DNA of 52,993 nt, taken from the NCBI GenBank assembly GCA_035765555.1, contig DASTXK010000372.1:1-52993 (forward strand), given 5' to 3'. Source of the stretch: Acidobacteriaceae bacterium. Its GTDB lineage: Bacteria > Acidobacteriota > Terriglobia > Terriglobales > Acidobacteriaceae. The notes below the pieces were generated by a model. The model worked only from the letters and a program-made list of their open reading frames with translations, made no database searches and had not been told where the DNA came from. Shown one piece after another: positions 38,732 through 52,993 of this stretch; the first letter of the stretch is position 1; every line of letters begins with the position of its first letter. Both the position numbers and the translations under genes were made by a program.

Positions 38732-39631
38732 TTATCCGTTCGCCGTTTTCGCGGTCGCGGAGCGACCGTTCCGGATGTCACGCCGAAAATTAATGAACAT
38801 ATACGTTCCGAGAATCAAAAGTGTAAGCAAGCAGCCCGCCTGCACGATGCGCGCGATCAGCAGATCGTGCCGGTTCAGCAGCGGATTGTAGCGGTAGCAA
38901 TAAGTAAGAATGTCGTCCACCGGCGACCCGATTTTTCCGTTGGCCGCCTCCACCAATCCAAGCTGAAGGTCCTTGGGCGCATACTCGACGCCGAGATAAT
39001 ACTGGTCCAGCTTGCCCGCGGGCGTAAGGATTTCGATGGCGCTGGCGTGGGCGAACTGGTTCATCTGGCCGTCGGGGCCGGGAACCCGCGTATAGCCGTA
39101 ACCCACAGCATTCGCCAGCGCGGTGATGGCCGGCTGCTCGCCGGTAAGGAAGTGCCATCCGCCCTCGGTTCCAGGACGGCCGTAGCGCTTCATATAGGTG
39201 GCCTTTTCCTCGGCCGCGTCCTTCGGAGTCTCCGTCGGGTCAATGCTCACAAAGACCACGTTGAAGTCCTTGCCGGGATCGAACTTCACCATCTCCAGCG
39301 AGCCGACGAGGCCATTGATCTCCTCCGGGCAAAGCATCTTGCACTTGTAATAGACCATGGAGAGGATCACCGGACGCTTGCCGAAGTAGTCGCCGAGCGT
39401 CACGGCTTTTCCGGTTTCGTCGCGGAACTGAAGATCGAGAGGAATCTGCGTGTTGAGCTTCTGCGTAATGGCGACTTTCTTCAGCAACTCGGGCGCTTCG
39501 TCGCGGACCGGGCCCGGCTGCTTCTCGCCCCAGGGAGCGACCTGCGCAAACGCCGGCGCCACTGCGCATGGAGCGAGAGCGGCAAGGCCGATGGCCAGGG
39601 CCGCATTCCGAATTGTTGTGAATCTGCTCAT
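38732..39631 (-). CDS. SCO family copper chaperone
   Basis: YYKCKMLCP (CxxxC), SIDP, WHFLTG, FAH. Confidence 0.92.
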   Translation of the reverse strand: MSRFTTIRNAALAIGLAALAPCAVAPAFAQVAPWGEKQPGPVRDEAPELLKKVAITQKLNTQIPLDLQFRDETGKAVTLGDYFGKRPVILSMVYYKCKMLCPEEINGLVGSLEMVKFDPGKDFNVVFVSIDPTETPKDAAEEKATYMKRYGRPGTEGGWHFLTGEQPAITALANAVGYGYTRVPGPDGQMNQFAHASAIEILTPAGKLDQYYLGVEYAPKDLQLGLVEAANGKIGSPVDDILTYCYRYNPLLNRHDLLIARIVQAGCLLTLLILGTYMFINFRRDIRNGRSATAKTANG

Positions 39632-39659
39632 GCGTTACTGCTGGTTCCCCGTTTCATCC

Positions 39660-40280
39660 TTATCGCGTGACAGGCCGCTCTCCCGGCCGGGTTCCCGAGT
39701 CTTCTTCCTGCTCAAATTGGGTGCGCGCAAACCCGTCGGTAAGCGGCGTCTGCACGGTTGGGGCCTTGTCGCCAAACATCAGAGGCTCCTGCGGGCCGGT
39801 CTTCTGCTCAACCGGAAGCCCGCGCTGCGCGATGATCTCCATGGCGCGCTCAATGGGAATCCGGACTTTGCCCTGCGGCTGGTTCACCCAACTGTAGTGG
39901 TCAAGCAGCAGGTCTTCGCGGCGGTGCAGGTCCACCAGGTCCTGCGCGCCGTTGTCGGTTTGGATCCGCGGCGTTGGGAAGCTGTGCGTCAACTGCTCAA
40001 GCTGAATCTGCTCACCCGCCGGATTCGACTCCATATTTTTCAGCTTCTTCGATTGTGGCGTGGTCGGGGCGTTCCACTTATTCAGCGGCCCGTCGCGCTT
40101 GGCCAGCGCATTGTTGATGACCTTGCCCATCCCGAAGCAGAAGACGAAGAAGACGCAGACGGAGATGAACAATCCGATAAGGAAGATGGCCACGCCGGGA
40201 ACGCTGGCGTCGGTGACTTCATAGCCTTCGCGAATCGAACTGGCTTTGTTTTTCGACTCGTTCTCGTTAGGCGTGGACAT
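39660..40280 (-). CDS. Single-TM accessory protein of alternative complex III (ActG-like)
   Basis: One TM; LLDHYSWVN...VRIPIERAM; lies between actF and sco. Confidence 0.75.
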   Translation of the reverse strand: MSTPNENESKNKASSIREGYEVTDASVPGVAIFLIGLFISVCVFFVFCFGMGKVINNALAKRDGPLNKWNAPTTPQSKKLKNMESNPAGEQIQLEQLTHSFPTPRIQTDNGAQDLVDLHRREDLLLDHYSWVNQPQGKVRIPIERAMEIIAQRGLPVEQKTGPQEPLMFGDKAPTVQTPLTDGFARTQFEQEEDSGTRPGERPVTR

Positions 40281-41565
40281 GTTCAGGCTCCAGAATTTCC
40301 GCCAGATGCGGGTCGTTGGTGGCGACCAGCGGCCGCCGCTTGAGTTGCGTAAAGTAGTAGGCCATCCAGAAAGCGATCATGGCGACGGGCAGCGTGGCGT
40401 ACTCGAAGATTCCCACGCTCCAGTGCAGGTTGCGCGCGGCGTCGGGAAAGTTCGGCTCGATCAGCCAGAACATATCGACGGCGCGGGCGAAAATCATGAT
40501 GCAGCAGACCACGGCCAGCCGTTTGCGGATGCGCTTGAGGTCGGCTGACAGCAGCAGAGTGAAGGGCAGCAGCCAGTGGAAGATGAAGTCCAGCGTGGCC
40601 ACAACGCCCCAGTTGCCGCGAATGCGGTCCAGATACCAGGGAATCTCTTCCGGCGAGTTGCCCGACCAGATAATCAGGAAGGCGCCGAAGGCCAGGTAGA
40701 TATTCAGCATGACGAAGGCGAAGCAGAGCTTGCCCATATCGTGCTGCTCGGTGACGCGAAACGTGGATTTGATAGGCTCGGCTTTGGCCAGAGCCATGAG
40801 CGTCAGCAGCGCCAGCGCGAAGACTCCATAAGCCTGCCCCACCAGGAACTGGAACCCGTAGACGGTGGAGTACCAGGCCGGATCGAGCGACATGACCCAG
40901 TAGATGGCCACGATGAAGAGCATGACCGAATAGAAGAGCACGCCAAAGCCGCTGATGTTCTCAAACCGCGTCTGCCAGAACTTGACGTTCGGCTCCGGGT
41001 CCGCGTCGCGCTTCAGCGAGTAGCGGTTCAGGAAAAAGATGTAGATGCCGCACATCATGAAGACGAACAGCGATGTGCCCCAGAATCCGTAAGGGTTCAG
41101 AATCGCGTGCTTCCAGTGGATGGCATGCGCGAGGTCCGCGCTGATCTCATGGTTCTTGAGGGCTGTTGCCCAGTCCGCGTACTTCCTCCAACTGTAGAGC
41201 TGGCCGTAAGACATCCCGAGAATTCCGACCGGGAGAAAATAGAGGAAGACCAGCGGCAGGGTGCGCGTCATGGCTTCGAGCGGGCGGCGGATGATGAGTC
41301 CCCATTTGCCGCCGGTCAGGTACTGCAGCATCAGCAGGCACAAGCCGCCGCAGCAGAAGCCGAAGCAGAGCATGAAGCCGTGCAGCCAGGCGCGGAGGAA
41401 GTGGTTCCAATGATCGCCGCTGAGCGCGCCAAGAATGACGGCGGCGATGAGGAAGACAACGCCAATAATCAGCGCGCGCTTGCGCCATTGGTCCACGAAC
41501 GCGGGGGCGCTCAGGTCGGCGGGCAGCGCCCTTGTGTGATGTTCCGAAAATGAGTGTTGTGCCAT
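40267..41565 (-). CDS. actF: Alternative complex III membrane subunit ActF
   Basis: About 10 TM; GGKWG..IRRPLEA, MSLDPAWYST, HDMGKL, IIWSGN.PEEIPWY. Confidence 0.88.
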   Translation of the reverse strand: MAQHSFSEHHTRALPADLSAPAFVDQWRKRALIIGVVFLIAAVILGALSGDHWNHFLRAWLHGFMLCFGFCCGGLCLLMLQYLTGGKWGLIIRRPLEAMTRTLPLVFLYFLPVGILGMSYGQLYSWRKYADWATALKNHEISADLAHAIHWKHAILNPYGFWGTSLFVFMMCGIYIFFLNRYSLKRDADPEPNVKFWQTRFENISGFGVLFYSVMLFIVAIYWVMSLDPAWYSTVYGFQFLVGQAYGVFALALLTLMALAKAEPIKSTFRVTEQHDMGKLCFAFVMLNIYLAFGAFLIIWSGNSPEEIPWYLDRIRGNWGVVATLDFIFHWLLPFTLLLSADLKRIRKRLAVVCCIMIFARAVDMFWLIEPNFPDAARNLHWSVGIFEYATLPVAMIAFWMAYYFTQLKRRPLVATNDPHLAEILEPEHVHA

Positions 41566-41583
41566 GCGTTCTTCCTGCGGTCC

Positions 41584-42399
41584 TTAGTGCGACGCCTTGC
41601 CCGCTGGGGCCTTGGTTGCCGGAGTCTTCGATCCACTTCCGGGAGCGTTGATGGTCGGGTTCTTTTCGGGCTGGCTCAGGCTGCGGACCTCGGTCCCCTC
41701 AGCCGGAGCGCCGGCCGCCGTTCCGGTGGGCGGCAGGGCATTCACATCGGTGTTGTCCGTCGTTGGCCACGGCCCGGCGTAGCTTGCGGGGAGTCCTTGC
41801 TTCACCGCGATCGTCTTCAGGTCCTGGACCTGCGTGCCTGCAGGGACATCCGCCAGCGCCGCGTTCTGGCTGAGTTGCAGCGCGCGAATGTAGGCCGCGA
41901 TGGCCCAGCGGTCGACCGGCGAAACCTGCGCCGCATAGTTCGGCATGGCCCCGTAGCCGTTCGTCATCACGTAGAAGTAGTGACTCAGGGGCTGCCCCAT
42001 GCGCTTGGCGTCCTGGAAATTTCCAGCGGGCTTATAGCCGCGCTGCACAATCATTCCGTCGCCGTTGCCCACGCGCGAGTGGCAGGGCGTGCAGTAGATG
42101 TTGAACCGCTCCTGCCCGCGCTCCAGCACCTGCAGCGTCACGGGGAAGGGCATCGCGTCCTGCTCCTTGCCGTTGACCAGCCCGGTATAGAAATACTGGT
42201 CTTCTTCAAGCTGGCCGCGCGCGACCGTGTGCGCCACCTGCGGGCGGGCGGAGCGCCCGTCGGCGAACATCGTCGAGCCGCGCTGGGGAATCATCTTCGG
42301 CTCATCCTGCATGTCCATGCGGCAACCGGCGGCGAACATCAGGGCCGTGGCGGCACAGAGAACAAGAAGGCGCGCGGAGTTCTTCCGGTTGATCTTCAT
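41584..42399 (-). CDS. actE: Alternative complex III monoheme cytochrome c lipoprotein ActE
   Basis: Lipobox AAGC, DMQDEPK, CTPCH. Confidence 0.88.
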   Translation of the reverse strand: MKINRKNSARLLVLCAATALMFAAGCRMDMQDEPKMIPQRGSTMFADGRSARPQVAHTVARGQLEEDQYFYTGLVNGKEQDAMPFPVTLQVLERGQERFNIYCTPCHSRVGNGDGMIVQRGYKPAGNFQDAKRMGQPLSHYFYVMTNGYGAMPNYAAQVSPVDRWAIAAYIRALQLSQNAALADVPAGTQVQDLKTIAVKQGLPASYAGPWPTTDNTDVNALPPTGTAAGAPAEGTEVRSLSQPEKNPTINAPGSGSKTPATKAPAGKASH

Positions 42400-42403
42400 C
42401 GGT

Positions 42404-42945
42404 TTAATACTCCACCTCCACGACCGATACCGGCGTGAAGCCGTCGAGGAACCCTCGCGTGTCTTTTAAGTCAAACTTGGGATCGGTGGACTCAAGGCAA
42501 AGGAAAAACTTGTCCTGGGTCGCGCCGTTGCGGAAGTTTGGCGCGTTGAACAGCGGATGATACAACTGCGGAAGCCCGCACAGGGCGAGCATTCCGAAGG
42601 CCGCGGAAAGCCCCGCGTAAAGAATCGTCCACTCATAGGCGGGAACCACAAAGGCCGGCCAGGAGTAGTACGGGCGTCCCGCGATGTTGAGCGGGAAGGC
42701 CCAGACGGATATCCAGGTTTCCATGCCGAACATGGCCGCCGCGCCCAGCAGCCCTCCGATGAGGGTGACGAGCGGCACGGTGTTCTTGTGGAAGCCGATG
42801 GCTTCCGCCGCCCCATGCACGGCATAGGGCGTGTAGCAGTCCATGCGGCGATAGCCCTCGTCGTAGGCGCTCTGCGCGGCATGCACCAGTTGGGTCGGGG
42901 TATCGAATTCGGCCAGCAGGCCGTAGGTCCCTTCGCGTAAAGCCA

Positions 42946-42946
<1 letters not shown>
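42404..42946 (-). CDS. actD: Alternative complex III subunit ActD (DUF3341)
   Basis: GLLAEF, DCYTPYAVHG, NIAGRP..SWPAFVVPAYE. Confidence 0.9.
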
Positions 42947-44370
<1,424 letters not shown>

Positions 44371-44448
44371 TCTTGCGACCTCTACCTATTGCCTGCTCTT
44401 TGACTCGGCCGCGCTGGTTGCTCGCGGCCACCTGTTTCCGAACGCAAC

Positions 44449-47529
<3,081 letters not shown>

Positions 47530-47549
47530 GGTCTCTTTCACGCTGTCTC

Positions 47550-48431
47550 TCACCGGTGGCAAATTTCGCAGTTGGAAAGCTCGCGGGCCGGCCGGATGTT
47601 GTAGTGCTTGAACAGGAAGGTGCCCAGCTCTTCCTGGCTGGTGAACTTTTGGTAGGACGCGGGAAGCGTCTTGAGTACCCCGCCCGGCGCGTCCGTAGCG
47701 GTGGCCGCGGCGGCCTGGGCGTTCGCCATTTCGGAAACATTCAGCGAGGCCAGCTCCGGATTGGGCGACTTGTTCGGATCAACCGTCGTGCAGTTGACCG
47801 CCTCGGCTGTGGGCGTGCCCGGCTTCACCCCCGGCGCCGTGCACCACACCGGATTCAGGTCCGAGGGCTTCTTCCAGTCCATGTTGTAGATTTCGCTGGT
47901 CGGCCGCAGGTTTTCGACAGGGTTGCGGTGACAGTTGAGACACCACTCCATCTGCAGCGTGTTCTGCTGGTACATGATGGGCATTTCATTCACCTGCCCG
48001 TGACAGCTTTCGCAGCCAATGCCCTTGTTCACGTGGATTTCGTGGTTGAAGTAAACAAAATCGGGAAGGTCGTGAATCTTGGTCCACACAATGGATTGCC
48101 CGGTGGCCCAGCTATGGCGGACCGGCTCCAGAATGGCGGCATCGGTCCAAATCTGCGAGTGGCAGTTCATGCAGGTGCGCGTGGGAGGAATGCCGGCGTA
48201 GCTCGATTCCTCAACCGAGGTATGGCAGTACTGGCATTGCAGCCCCAGCCCCTCCACGTGATGCTTATGGCTGAAGGGCACCGGCTGATCGGCGCGCTGC
48301 CCCTGGCGCGTCACCCACGGCGATCTTTGAAGTTCGTTGAGCGTTACTCCCAGGGCGATGATGATTAATCCCGTTAAGACCAGACTCATCCGTGCCAGCG
48401 CGTTCGAGCTGCGGTCAAAAATCTGCGCCAT
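47550..48431 (-). CDS. actA: Alternative complex III pentaheme cytochrome c ActA
   Basis: N-terminal TM, QPVPFSHKHH, five CxxCH (CQYCH, CMNCH, CESCH, CLNCH, CEICH). Confidence 0.93.
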   Translation of the reverse strand: MAQIFDRSSNALARMSLVLTGLIIIALGVTLNELQRSPWVTRQGQRADQPVPFSHKHHVEGLGLQCQYCHTSVEESSYAGIPPTRTCMNCHSQIWTDAAILEPVRHSWATGQSIVWTKIHDLPDFVYFNHEIHVNKGIGCESCHGQVNEMPIMYQQNTLQMEWCLNCHRNPVENLRPTSEIYNMDWKKPSDLNPVWCTAPGVKPGTPTAEAVNCTTVDPNKSPNPELASLNVSEMANAQAAAATATDAPGGVLKTLPASYQKFTSQEELGTFLFKHYNIRPARELSNCEICHR

Positions 48432-48761
48432 GAATGCTTCCTGACTCCCTCAAAATCACTGGTGGTTTAAACGGCTACCGCGCTGCGCTTGCACGCAGCT
48501 CTTACCCGGGGAAAATTTCCGAAACCCCGAATCCGCTTGTTCAAAATTGAAAAACACTATACCGATCAGAATCGACACTAGCAAGTCCCGGGAATGCCGG
48601 GCCTGTTTTTTGGGGTTCCAATCTGGATAAAGAACGGATCACCCGCAAAAAACGACCAGTTTTGTCGGAATTTCAAGGCCATGTGTTCCCAGCCAAATCC
48701 CACAATCCGGCGCCGTGAAGTTCCGCTTTTCCTGCTACCCTTGTTTTTTGATTGGCTCGCC

Positions 48762-49451
48762 ATGACAGACGGACGCCGGGCTCCACGCTACAACACCATC
48801 CAGGCCTGCCAGGAGCTGGCCGCCGCAGATCCGGTCTTAGGCAGACTCATCGAGCGCGCCGGCCCGTTCACGCTGCGCCTCAAAAGCCAGCACTCTCCTT
48901 TTGAGTCGCTGCTGGAGTCGATCATCTATCAGCAACTCCACGGCAAGGCGGCGGCTGCAATTCTCAAGCGGTTACTAACGTTCTTTGGCGAGCTTCACCC
49001 CGCGCCCCAGCATCTGCTGGACGCCCCCGAAGACCGTCTGCGCGGCTGCGGCCTATCCGGAAGTAAGCTGCTCGCCCTGCGTGATCTGGCTGCGAAGACA
49101 CTCGATGGAACCGTGCCTACTCTGCCGCAGATTCGCCGCATGAGCGACGCCGAAATCATCGAACGCCTGACACAGGTGCGCGGCATCGGCCCCTGGACCG
49201 TGGAGATGCTGCTCATCTTCCGGCTCGGCCGTCCCGACGTGCTGCCGCTCACCGATTACGGCGTCCGCAAAGGCTTCGCGCTCACCTTTGGACGCCTGCC
49301 AAAACGCACGCCATTCGACGCCTCCATGCTGGCCAAGCCCGCCGACATGCTGGCCCGCGGCGAACGCTGGAAGCCGTGGCGCTCCGTCGCAAGCTGGTAT
49401 CTGTGGAGGGCCTGCGACCTGGCCGGCAAGGCCTCGCCGCCCCCGGACTAG
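48762..49451 (+). CDS. DNA-3-methyladenine glycosylase (AlkA/HhH-GPD family)
   Basis: SIIYQQL, LRGCGLS, VRGIGPWTVEM, PDVLPLTDYG, WKPWRS. Confidence 0.92.
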   Translation: MTDGRRAPRYNTIQACQELAAADPVLGRLIERAGPFTLRLKSQHSPFESLLESIIYQQLHGKAAAAILKRLLTFFGELHPAPQHLLDAPEDRLRGCGLSGSKLLALRDLAAKTLDGTVPTLPQIRRMSDAEIIERLTQVRGIGPWTVEMLLIFRLGRPDVLPLTDYGVRKGFALTFGRLPKRTPFDASMLAKPADMLARGERWKPWRSVASWYLWRACDLAGKASPPPD

Positions 49452-49472
49452 AGCGTCTTTCGACACCTTCCA

Positions 49473-49616
49473 TCAGGGCACCGCTCCTCGCCGTGCTGAA
49501 ACACTTAGCTCAAATGGGTGGCCCACTCAAGCCCGGTTTTGGCTTGAGTGGGGAACAAGTTTTCTGAAGGGGACGGGTTTTAGCCATTCAAGTCCAATGG
49601 GGCTTTTAGCCCTGAG
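49473..49616. repeat. Cluster of REP-like palindromes
   Basis: GGGTGG tail + CCCACTCAAGCC-N7-GGCTTGAGTGGG (49516-49552), flanked by degenerate palindromes TCAGGGCAC...GTGCTGA and GGGCTTTTAGCCC. Confidence 0.75.
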
Positions 49617-49637
49617 CGGCCTTGACATCGCCACATT

Positions 49638-49657
49638 ATGTGCATATACATATATTG
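49638..49657. promoter_or_regulatory. Putative MarR operator overlapping a promoter (TTGACA at 49622)
   Basis: TATGT-GCATAT-ACATA imperfect palindrome; 14 bp shared in inverted orientation with 50124-50137. Confidence 0.65.
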
Positions 49658-49663
49658 AGAATA

Positions 49664-50113
49664 ATGGTAGCCCCGAAAAATCAAGTAACAATGCCAACCA
49701 TACCCTGCGCCTGTGCCAACCTCCGCCGCGCCGCCCGCTCCATTACGCGGCTCTACAATCGCGAGCTTCGACCGGAAAACATCGAGGTCACACAATTCAC
49801 GCTTCTTATGGCCCTCGACCGTACAGGGGATATTCCCCAAGGCAAGCTGGGCAGGCTCGTGGGCCTGGATTCAACCACCCTCACCAGAATGCTGAAGCCC
49901 CTGAATCAACAGGGCTGGATACAGGAGCGGGAGGGCGACGACCGGCGCGTCCGGATCATCCGCTTAACGACCGCGGGCCGCGCCAAGCTGCAGCACGGCC
50001 TGCCCCACTGGAAACGGGCGCAGGCCCGGATTGAGAACACGCTCGGCGAACCATCCATGAAAAAACTCGAGGCGCTGCTCGCCCGCGTTGAGGCAGCCTC
50101 GGAAAGCAAATAA
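49664..50113 (+). CDS. MarR family winged-helix regulator (start may be 49691)
   Basis: CACANLRRAARSITRLY, QFTLL, LDSTTLTR, DRRVR..LT..GR. Confidence 0.9.
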   Translation: MVAPKNQVTMPTIPCACANLRRAARSITRLYNRELRPENIEVTQFTLLMALDRTGDIPQGKLGRLVGLDSTTLTRMLKPLNQQGWIQEREGDDRRVRIIRLTTAGRAKLQHGLPHWKRAQARIENTLGEPSMKKLEALLARVEAASESK

Positions 50114-50123
50114 TTTTTTCTCC

Positions 50124-50141
50124 CAATATATGTATATACAT
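50124..50141. promoter_or_regulatory. Second putative MarR operator upstream of the membrane-protein gene
   Basis: Perfect 12-bp palindrome ATGTATATACAT (50130-50141). Confidence 0.65.
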
Positions 50142-50177
50142 CTACCAATCTGAGCCCCCTTTCAGGAGAAAACCAAA

Positions 50178-50714
50178 ATGGACATAAAACTCATATTCGG
50201 AATCAGCGTGTTATCCAGCCTTGCGAGTTCCGCGATTATCGCGGCGCTGTACCTATGGCCGTGGCTTCAGAAAAAGGACCGCGCCTCCGCCCTCACTCTC
50301 CTCGTGGCTCCTCACATGTTTCTTCGCTTCATTGGCCTCAGCTTTCTGGTGCCCGGCGTGGTCTCGCCCCTCCTCTCCCACAGCTTCGCCGCCCCCGCCG
50401 CCTATGGAGACTTCATCACTGGAATCCTGGCCATTCTGGCAACCCTGGCACTCAACAGGCGAGCCCCTTGGGCAACGGGCGCCGTCTGGGTCTTCAACCT
50501 GTGGGGAACAGCAGATCTTTTCTTCGCGTTCTACAGCGCGGCGCGCGCGGGACTCCATCCCGGTATGTTCGGGGCGGCATTTTATATTCCAACCGCCATC
50601 GTCCCGCCGGTGCTTATGACCCATTTCCTTATCTTCGGACTCCTTCTCAGCAGGCAGCGCGAACACCGCGCCGGCAGGCTCCGCGTGTCGCTGGACGCGA
50701 ACTCCCCGGTATAA
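50178..50714 (+). CDS. Integral membrane hypothetical protein
   Basis: AGGAG RBS; about 5 TM; H..LRFIG, AYGD, FNLWG.AD motifs. Confidence 0.8.
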   Translation: MDIKLIFGISVLSSLASSAIIAALYLWPWLQKKDRASALTLLVAPHMFLRFIGLSFLVPGVVSPLLSHSFAAPAAYGDFITGILAILATLALNRRAPWATGAVWVFNLWGTADLFFAFYSAARAGLHPGMFGAAFYIPTAIVPPVLMTHFLIFGLLLSRQREHRAGRLRVSLDANSPV

Positions 50715-50755
50715 TGGGGTGTTCGCCACTCGGACACATATTTAAGGAGCACTCG

Positions 50756-51694
50756 ATGCCTCTGCAGACCACCGGCAAGATCTGGCACAACGGCAACCTC
50801 ATTCCGTGGGAAAAGGCCAACATTCACGTGATGAGCCACGTGGTCCACTACGGCTCATCGGTCTTTGAAGGGATCCGCTGCTATGGGCAGCCTTCCGGAG
50901 CCGCCGTCTTCCGGCTGCCCGAGCACATGCAGCGCCTGCTCGACTCCGCCAAGATCTACCGGATGCCCCTGCCCTATTCGCTGGAGCAGTTGTCGAACGC
51001 CGTCGTGGAGCTGATCGAGGCCAACGAGGTGGCCCCCTGCTACATTCGCCCCATCGCGTTTCGCGGATACGGCGAGATGGGCGTGAACCCCAAAAACGCT
51101 CCCGTTGACGTTTACATCGCCAACTTCCCGTGGGGCAAGTACGTGGCCGGCGACGCCGCCGACGTCTGCGTCTCCTCCTGGAACCGCTCCGCGCCCAACA
51201 CCGTTCCCTCGCTGGCAAAAGCCGGCGGAAATTATTTGAACTCGCAGCTTATCCGCATGGAAGCCGACGTGAACGGCTATGTCGAAGGCATCGCCCTCGA
51301 CGTGAACGGATACATCTCCGAGGGCTCCGGCGAAAACCTCTTCATCGTTCGCAACGGCGTGCTGTATACGACTCCGCTGGCCAACTCGGTCCTCTCCGGC
51401 ATCACCCGCGACTCGGTGCTCACCCTTGCCCGCCACTTCGGAATCCCCGTGGTCGAGCAGGCCATGCCCCGCGAGCTGCTCTACATTGCCGACGAGGTCT
51501 TCTTCACCGGAACCGCCGCCGAGGTCACGCCCATCCGCAGCGTCGACCGCATCACCGTGGCCGATGGCAACGCCGGCCCCATCACCAAGCAACTCGCGGA
51601 CGAGTTCCTCGGCATCGCCAACGGGCTGCGCCCCGACCGCTTCGGCTGGCTGACTCCGGTGAACGTGCACGCCGAGCAGGCAGTCTCGGTCTAG
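50756..51694 (+). CDS. ilvE: Branched-chain amino acid aminotransferase
   Basis: [47 protein letters not shown]; AAGGAG RBS. Confidence 0.96.
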   Translation: MPLQTTGKIWHNGNLIPWEKANIHVMSHVVHYGSSVFEGIRCYGQPSGAAVFRLPEHMQRLLDSAKIYRMPLPYSLEQLSNAVVELIEANEVAPCYIRPIAFRGYGEMGVNPKNAPVDVYIANFPWGKYVAGDAADVCVSSWNRSAPNTVPSLAKAGGNYLNSQLIRMEADVNGYVEGIALDVNGYISEGSGENLFIVRNGVLYTTPLANSVLSGITRDSVLTLARHFGIPVVEQAMPRELLYIADEVFFTGTAAEVTPIRSVDRITVADGNAGPITKQLADEFLGIANGLRPDRFGWLTPVNVHAEQAVSV

Positions 51695-51713
51695 TTTTTT
51701 ATTCGCGCACAAG

Positions 51714-51741
51714 AAAGCCCGGCGACAAGGCCGGGCTTTTT
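51714..51741. terminator. Rho-independent terminator, probably bidirectional
   Basis: AAAGCCCGGC-N6-GCCGGGCTTTTT between convergent genes. Confidence 0.85.
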
Positions 51742-51763
51742 GCTGCGCAAATTCAGGCGACCG

Positions 51764-52756
51764 CTATTTCTCCGGTCCGCTGTCCATCTTGAACTGATAC
51801 GCCACGATCTCCTTCAGCGTTTCATAAGGAAGCTGATGGTTGGCCACCTCGCCGACCGGAATCTGCCGCCCGTTCACAAACAGCATCGGGGTCTCGTTCA
51901 CATAGAGGTCTTTCCCAAGTTGGATCGAAGCATTGACCGCGTCCTTCGCCGCACTCGTGTAGGAGCACGCGCCGACTTTCGTGGCGCTCAGTCCCACCTT
52001 GGTCGCAGCGTCGCCCAGCGCCGCGTCGGACTGGTCCGGCGTTAGCTGCGCCTGGTTCTCGAAAACGGCATCGGCGTATTTGAAGAACGTGGCATCGCCC
52101 GCCTGCTGCGCCACGCACACGCTGTAGGCCGCTGCCTTGAACGCCTCAGAGTGGATGCTGGTGAGCGGGAAGTTCTCAAACACATAATGCGCCTGCGGAA
52201 AATCGCTGAGCAGCCGCTGAATCACCGGCTCCGCGACCTTGCAGTGCGGGCACTCAAAATCGGCGAACTCCACAATCTCGTACTTCTTGCTCGCCGCCCC
52301 GCGGCTCGGCCCATTGGCGCGCTGCCTCAAGAGCTCGCGTGTTTCCGCATAAGGATCCGCGCCGAAGGGCAGCATATCGAGGTTCGCCGCGATCAGATGC
52401 TTGCCGTCCGGCGTCACCAGGAACGTCGCCGACCCTATCTGGTGCTGCGGATCATTCTTCTGCGCCACCTGCACAATCACCCGGCTCACTCCCGGCGCGG
52501 CGGTCTTCTCAATGGCCCACACCTGCCACACGCGGTCCGGATCGTATCCCCACGCGGCCTTCAGAAACGCCTCCACTGTGGCGCGCGAGGGCGACGCGGC
52601 CGTGAAGTTCGCCGGGCTGGCTGGCGGAAACTTGAACGGGGCACTGGGCGTGGAAGGCGCGGCCTGCTGCGCCAAAGCCGCGATTGGCGCGGCCACTGTG
52701 ACAACAGCGAGCATAAGAGGGAGCGCGAGGTGCTTCAGGGTCTTGCGAGCGTGCAT
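51764..52756 (-). CDS. DsbA/thioredoxin-fold protein
   Basis: Signal peptide; EFADFECPHC; TPMLFVNGR cis-Pro loop. Confidence 0.9.
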   Translation of the reverse strand: MHARKTLKHLALPLMLAVVTVAAPIAALAQQAAPSTPSAPFKFPPASPANFTAASPSRATVEAFLKAAWGYDPDRVWQVWAIEKTAAPGVSRVIVQVAQKNDPQHQIGSATFLVTPDGKHLIAANLDMLPFGADPYAETRELLRQRANGPSRGAASKKYEIVEFADFECPHCKVAEPVIQRLLSDFPQAHYVFENFPLTSIHSEAFKAAAYSVCVAQQAGDATFFKYADAVFENQAQLTPDQSDAALGDAATKVGLSATKVGACSYTSAAKDAVNASIQLGKDLYVNETPMLFVNGRQIPVGEVANHQLPYETLKEIVAYQFKMDSGPEK

Positions 52757-52786
52757 GAGTGTTCCTCGAATTAGTAGTGTACGCAT

Positions 52787-52993
52787 TCAGACCTGCGTCC
52801 GCGCGGCAATGGGGAACCGGCGGCCCATTCCAAATGCCTTGCACGTCACCTTGAGTACCGGCGCGGCCTGCTGGCGCTTGTACTCGCTGCGCTCCACAAG
52901 CCGGACAACGCGGCGCACAAGCTCAAGATCGAAATGGTGAGCTGCGGCAATGGCTTCCGGCGTTTCGTAGCGCTCCACATAGGCCTCGAGAAT
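52787..52993 (-). CDS. nadE: NAD+ synthase, C-terminal end (partial)
   Basis: ILEAYVE...SEYKRQQAAPVLKVT.KAFGMGRRFPIA. Confidence 0.88.
   Translation of the reverse strand: MLEAYVERYETPEAIAAAHHFDLELVRRVVRLVERSEYKRQQAAPVLKVTCKAFGMGRRFPIAARTQV

Noticed and set aside
44405-44430. GGCCGCG/CGCGGCC hairpin between actB and actC
   Set aside because: Short stem with no U-tract inside an operon; at most an mRNA stability element.
48535-48556. Possible FNR-like box upstream of actA
   Set aside because: TTCAAAATTGAA does not match TTGAT-N4-ATCAA; too weak to call.
50255-50755. Apparent N-terminal fusion to IlvE (479 aa)
   Set aside because: Out-of-frame overlap with the membrane gene; a clear RBS and ATG lie at 50756.

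Overview
GC-rich bacterial chromosomal segment; gene content and intergenic repeats suggest Acidobacteriota (Terriglobia), which is an inference. In order: partial mtaB/miaB-family methylthiotransferase, orphan response regulator, zinc-ribbon protein, rpsU, M23 peptidase, kdsA, degenerate M28 peptidase homologue, HIT protein, metallophosphoesterase, sensor-less histidine kinase, and a ~700-bp structured non-coding repeat array. Next is an accessory island (9.4-13.2 kb) bounded by REP-like hairpins. It holds a large secreted multi-Ig protein with a low-GC C-terminal module, a low-GC partner gene (polymorphic toxin/immunity-like layout) and a decayed 3' fragment of the CCA-adding enzyme. Then come a DtxR/MntR regulator, a beta-propeller sensor kinase with its NarL-type regulator, a rubrerythrin-VIT1 fusion, an OmpA-family protein with a sigma54-like promoter, an FAD/Fe-S oxidoreductase, a priming glycosyltransferase, rfbBACD, an SLBB polysaccharide exporter and a 1528-aa surface protein with an unusual C-terminal sorting-like motif. 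The alternative complex III/caa3 oxidase operon follows (actABCDEF, actG-like gene, sco, coxB, coxC, subunit IV), and in it the catalytic subunit I gene is replaced by a 147-bp in-frame scar. The window ends with alkA, a REP cluster, an operator-flanked marR plus membrane gene, ilvE, a DsbA-family gene and partial nadE. No rRNA, tRNA, CRISPR array, transposase or integrase was seen.
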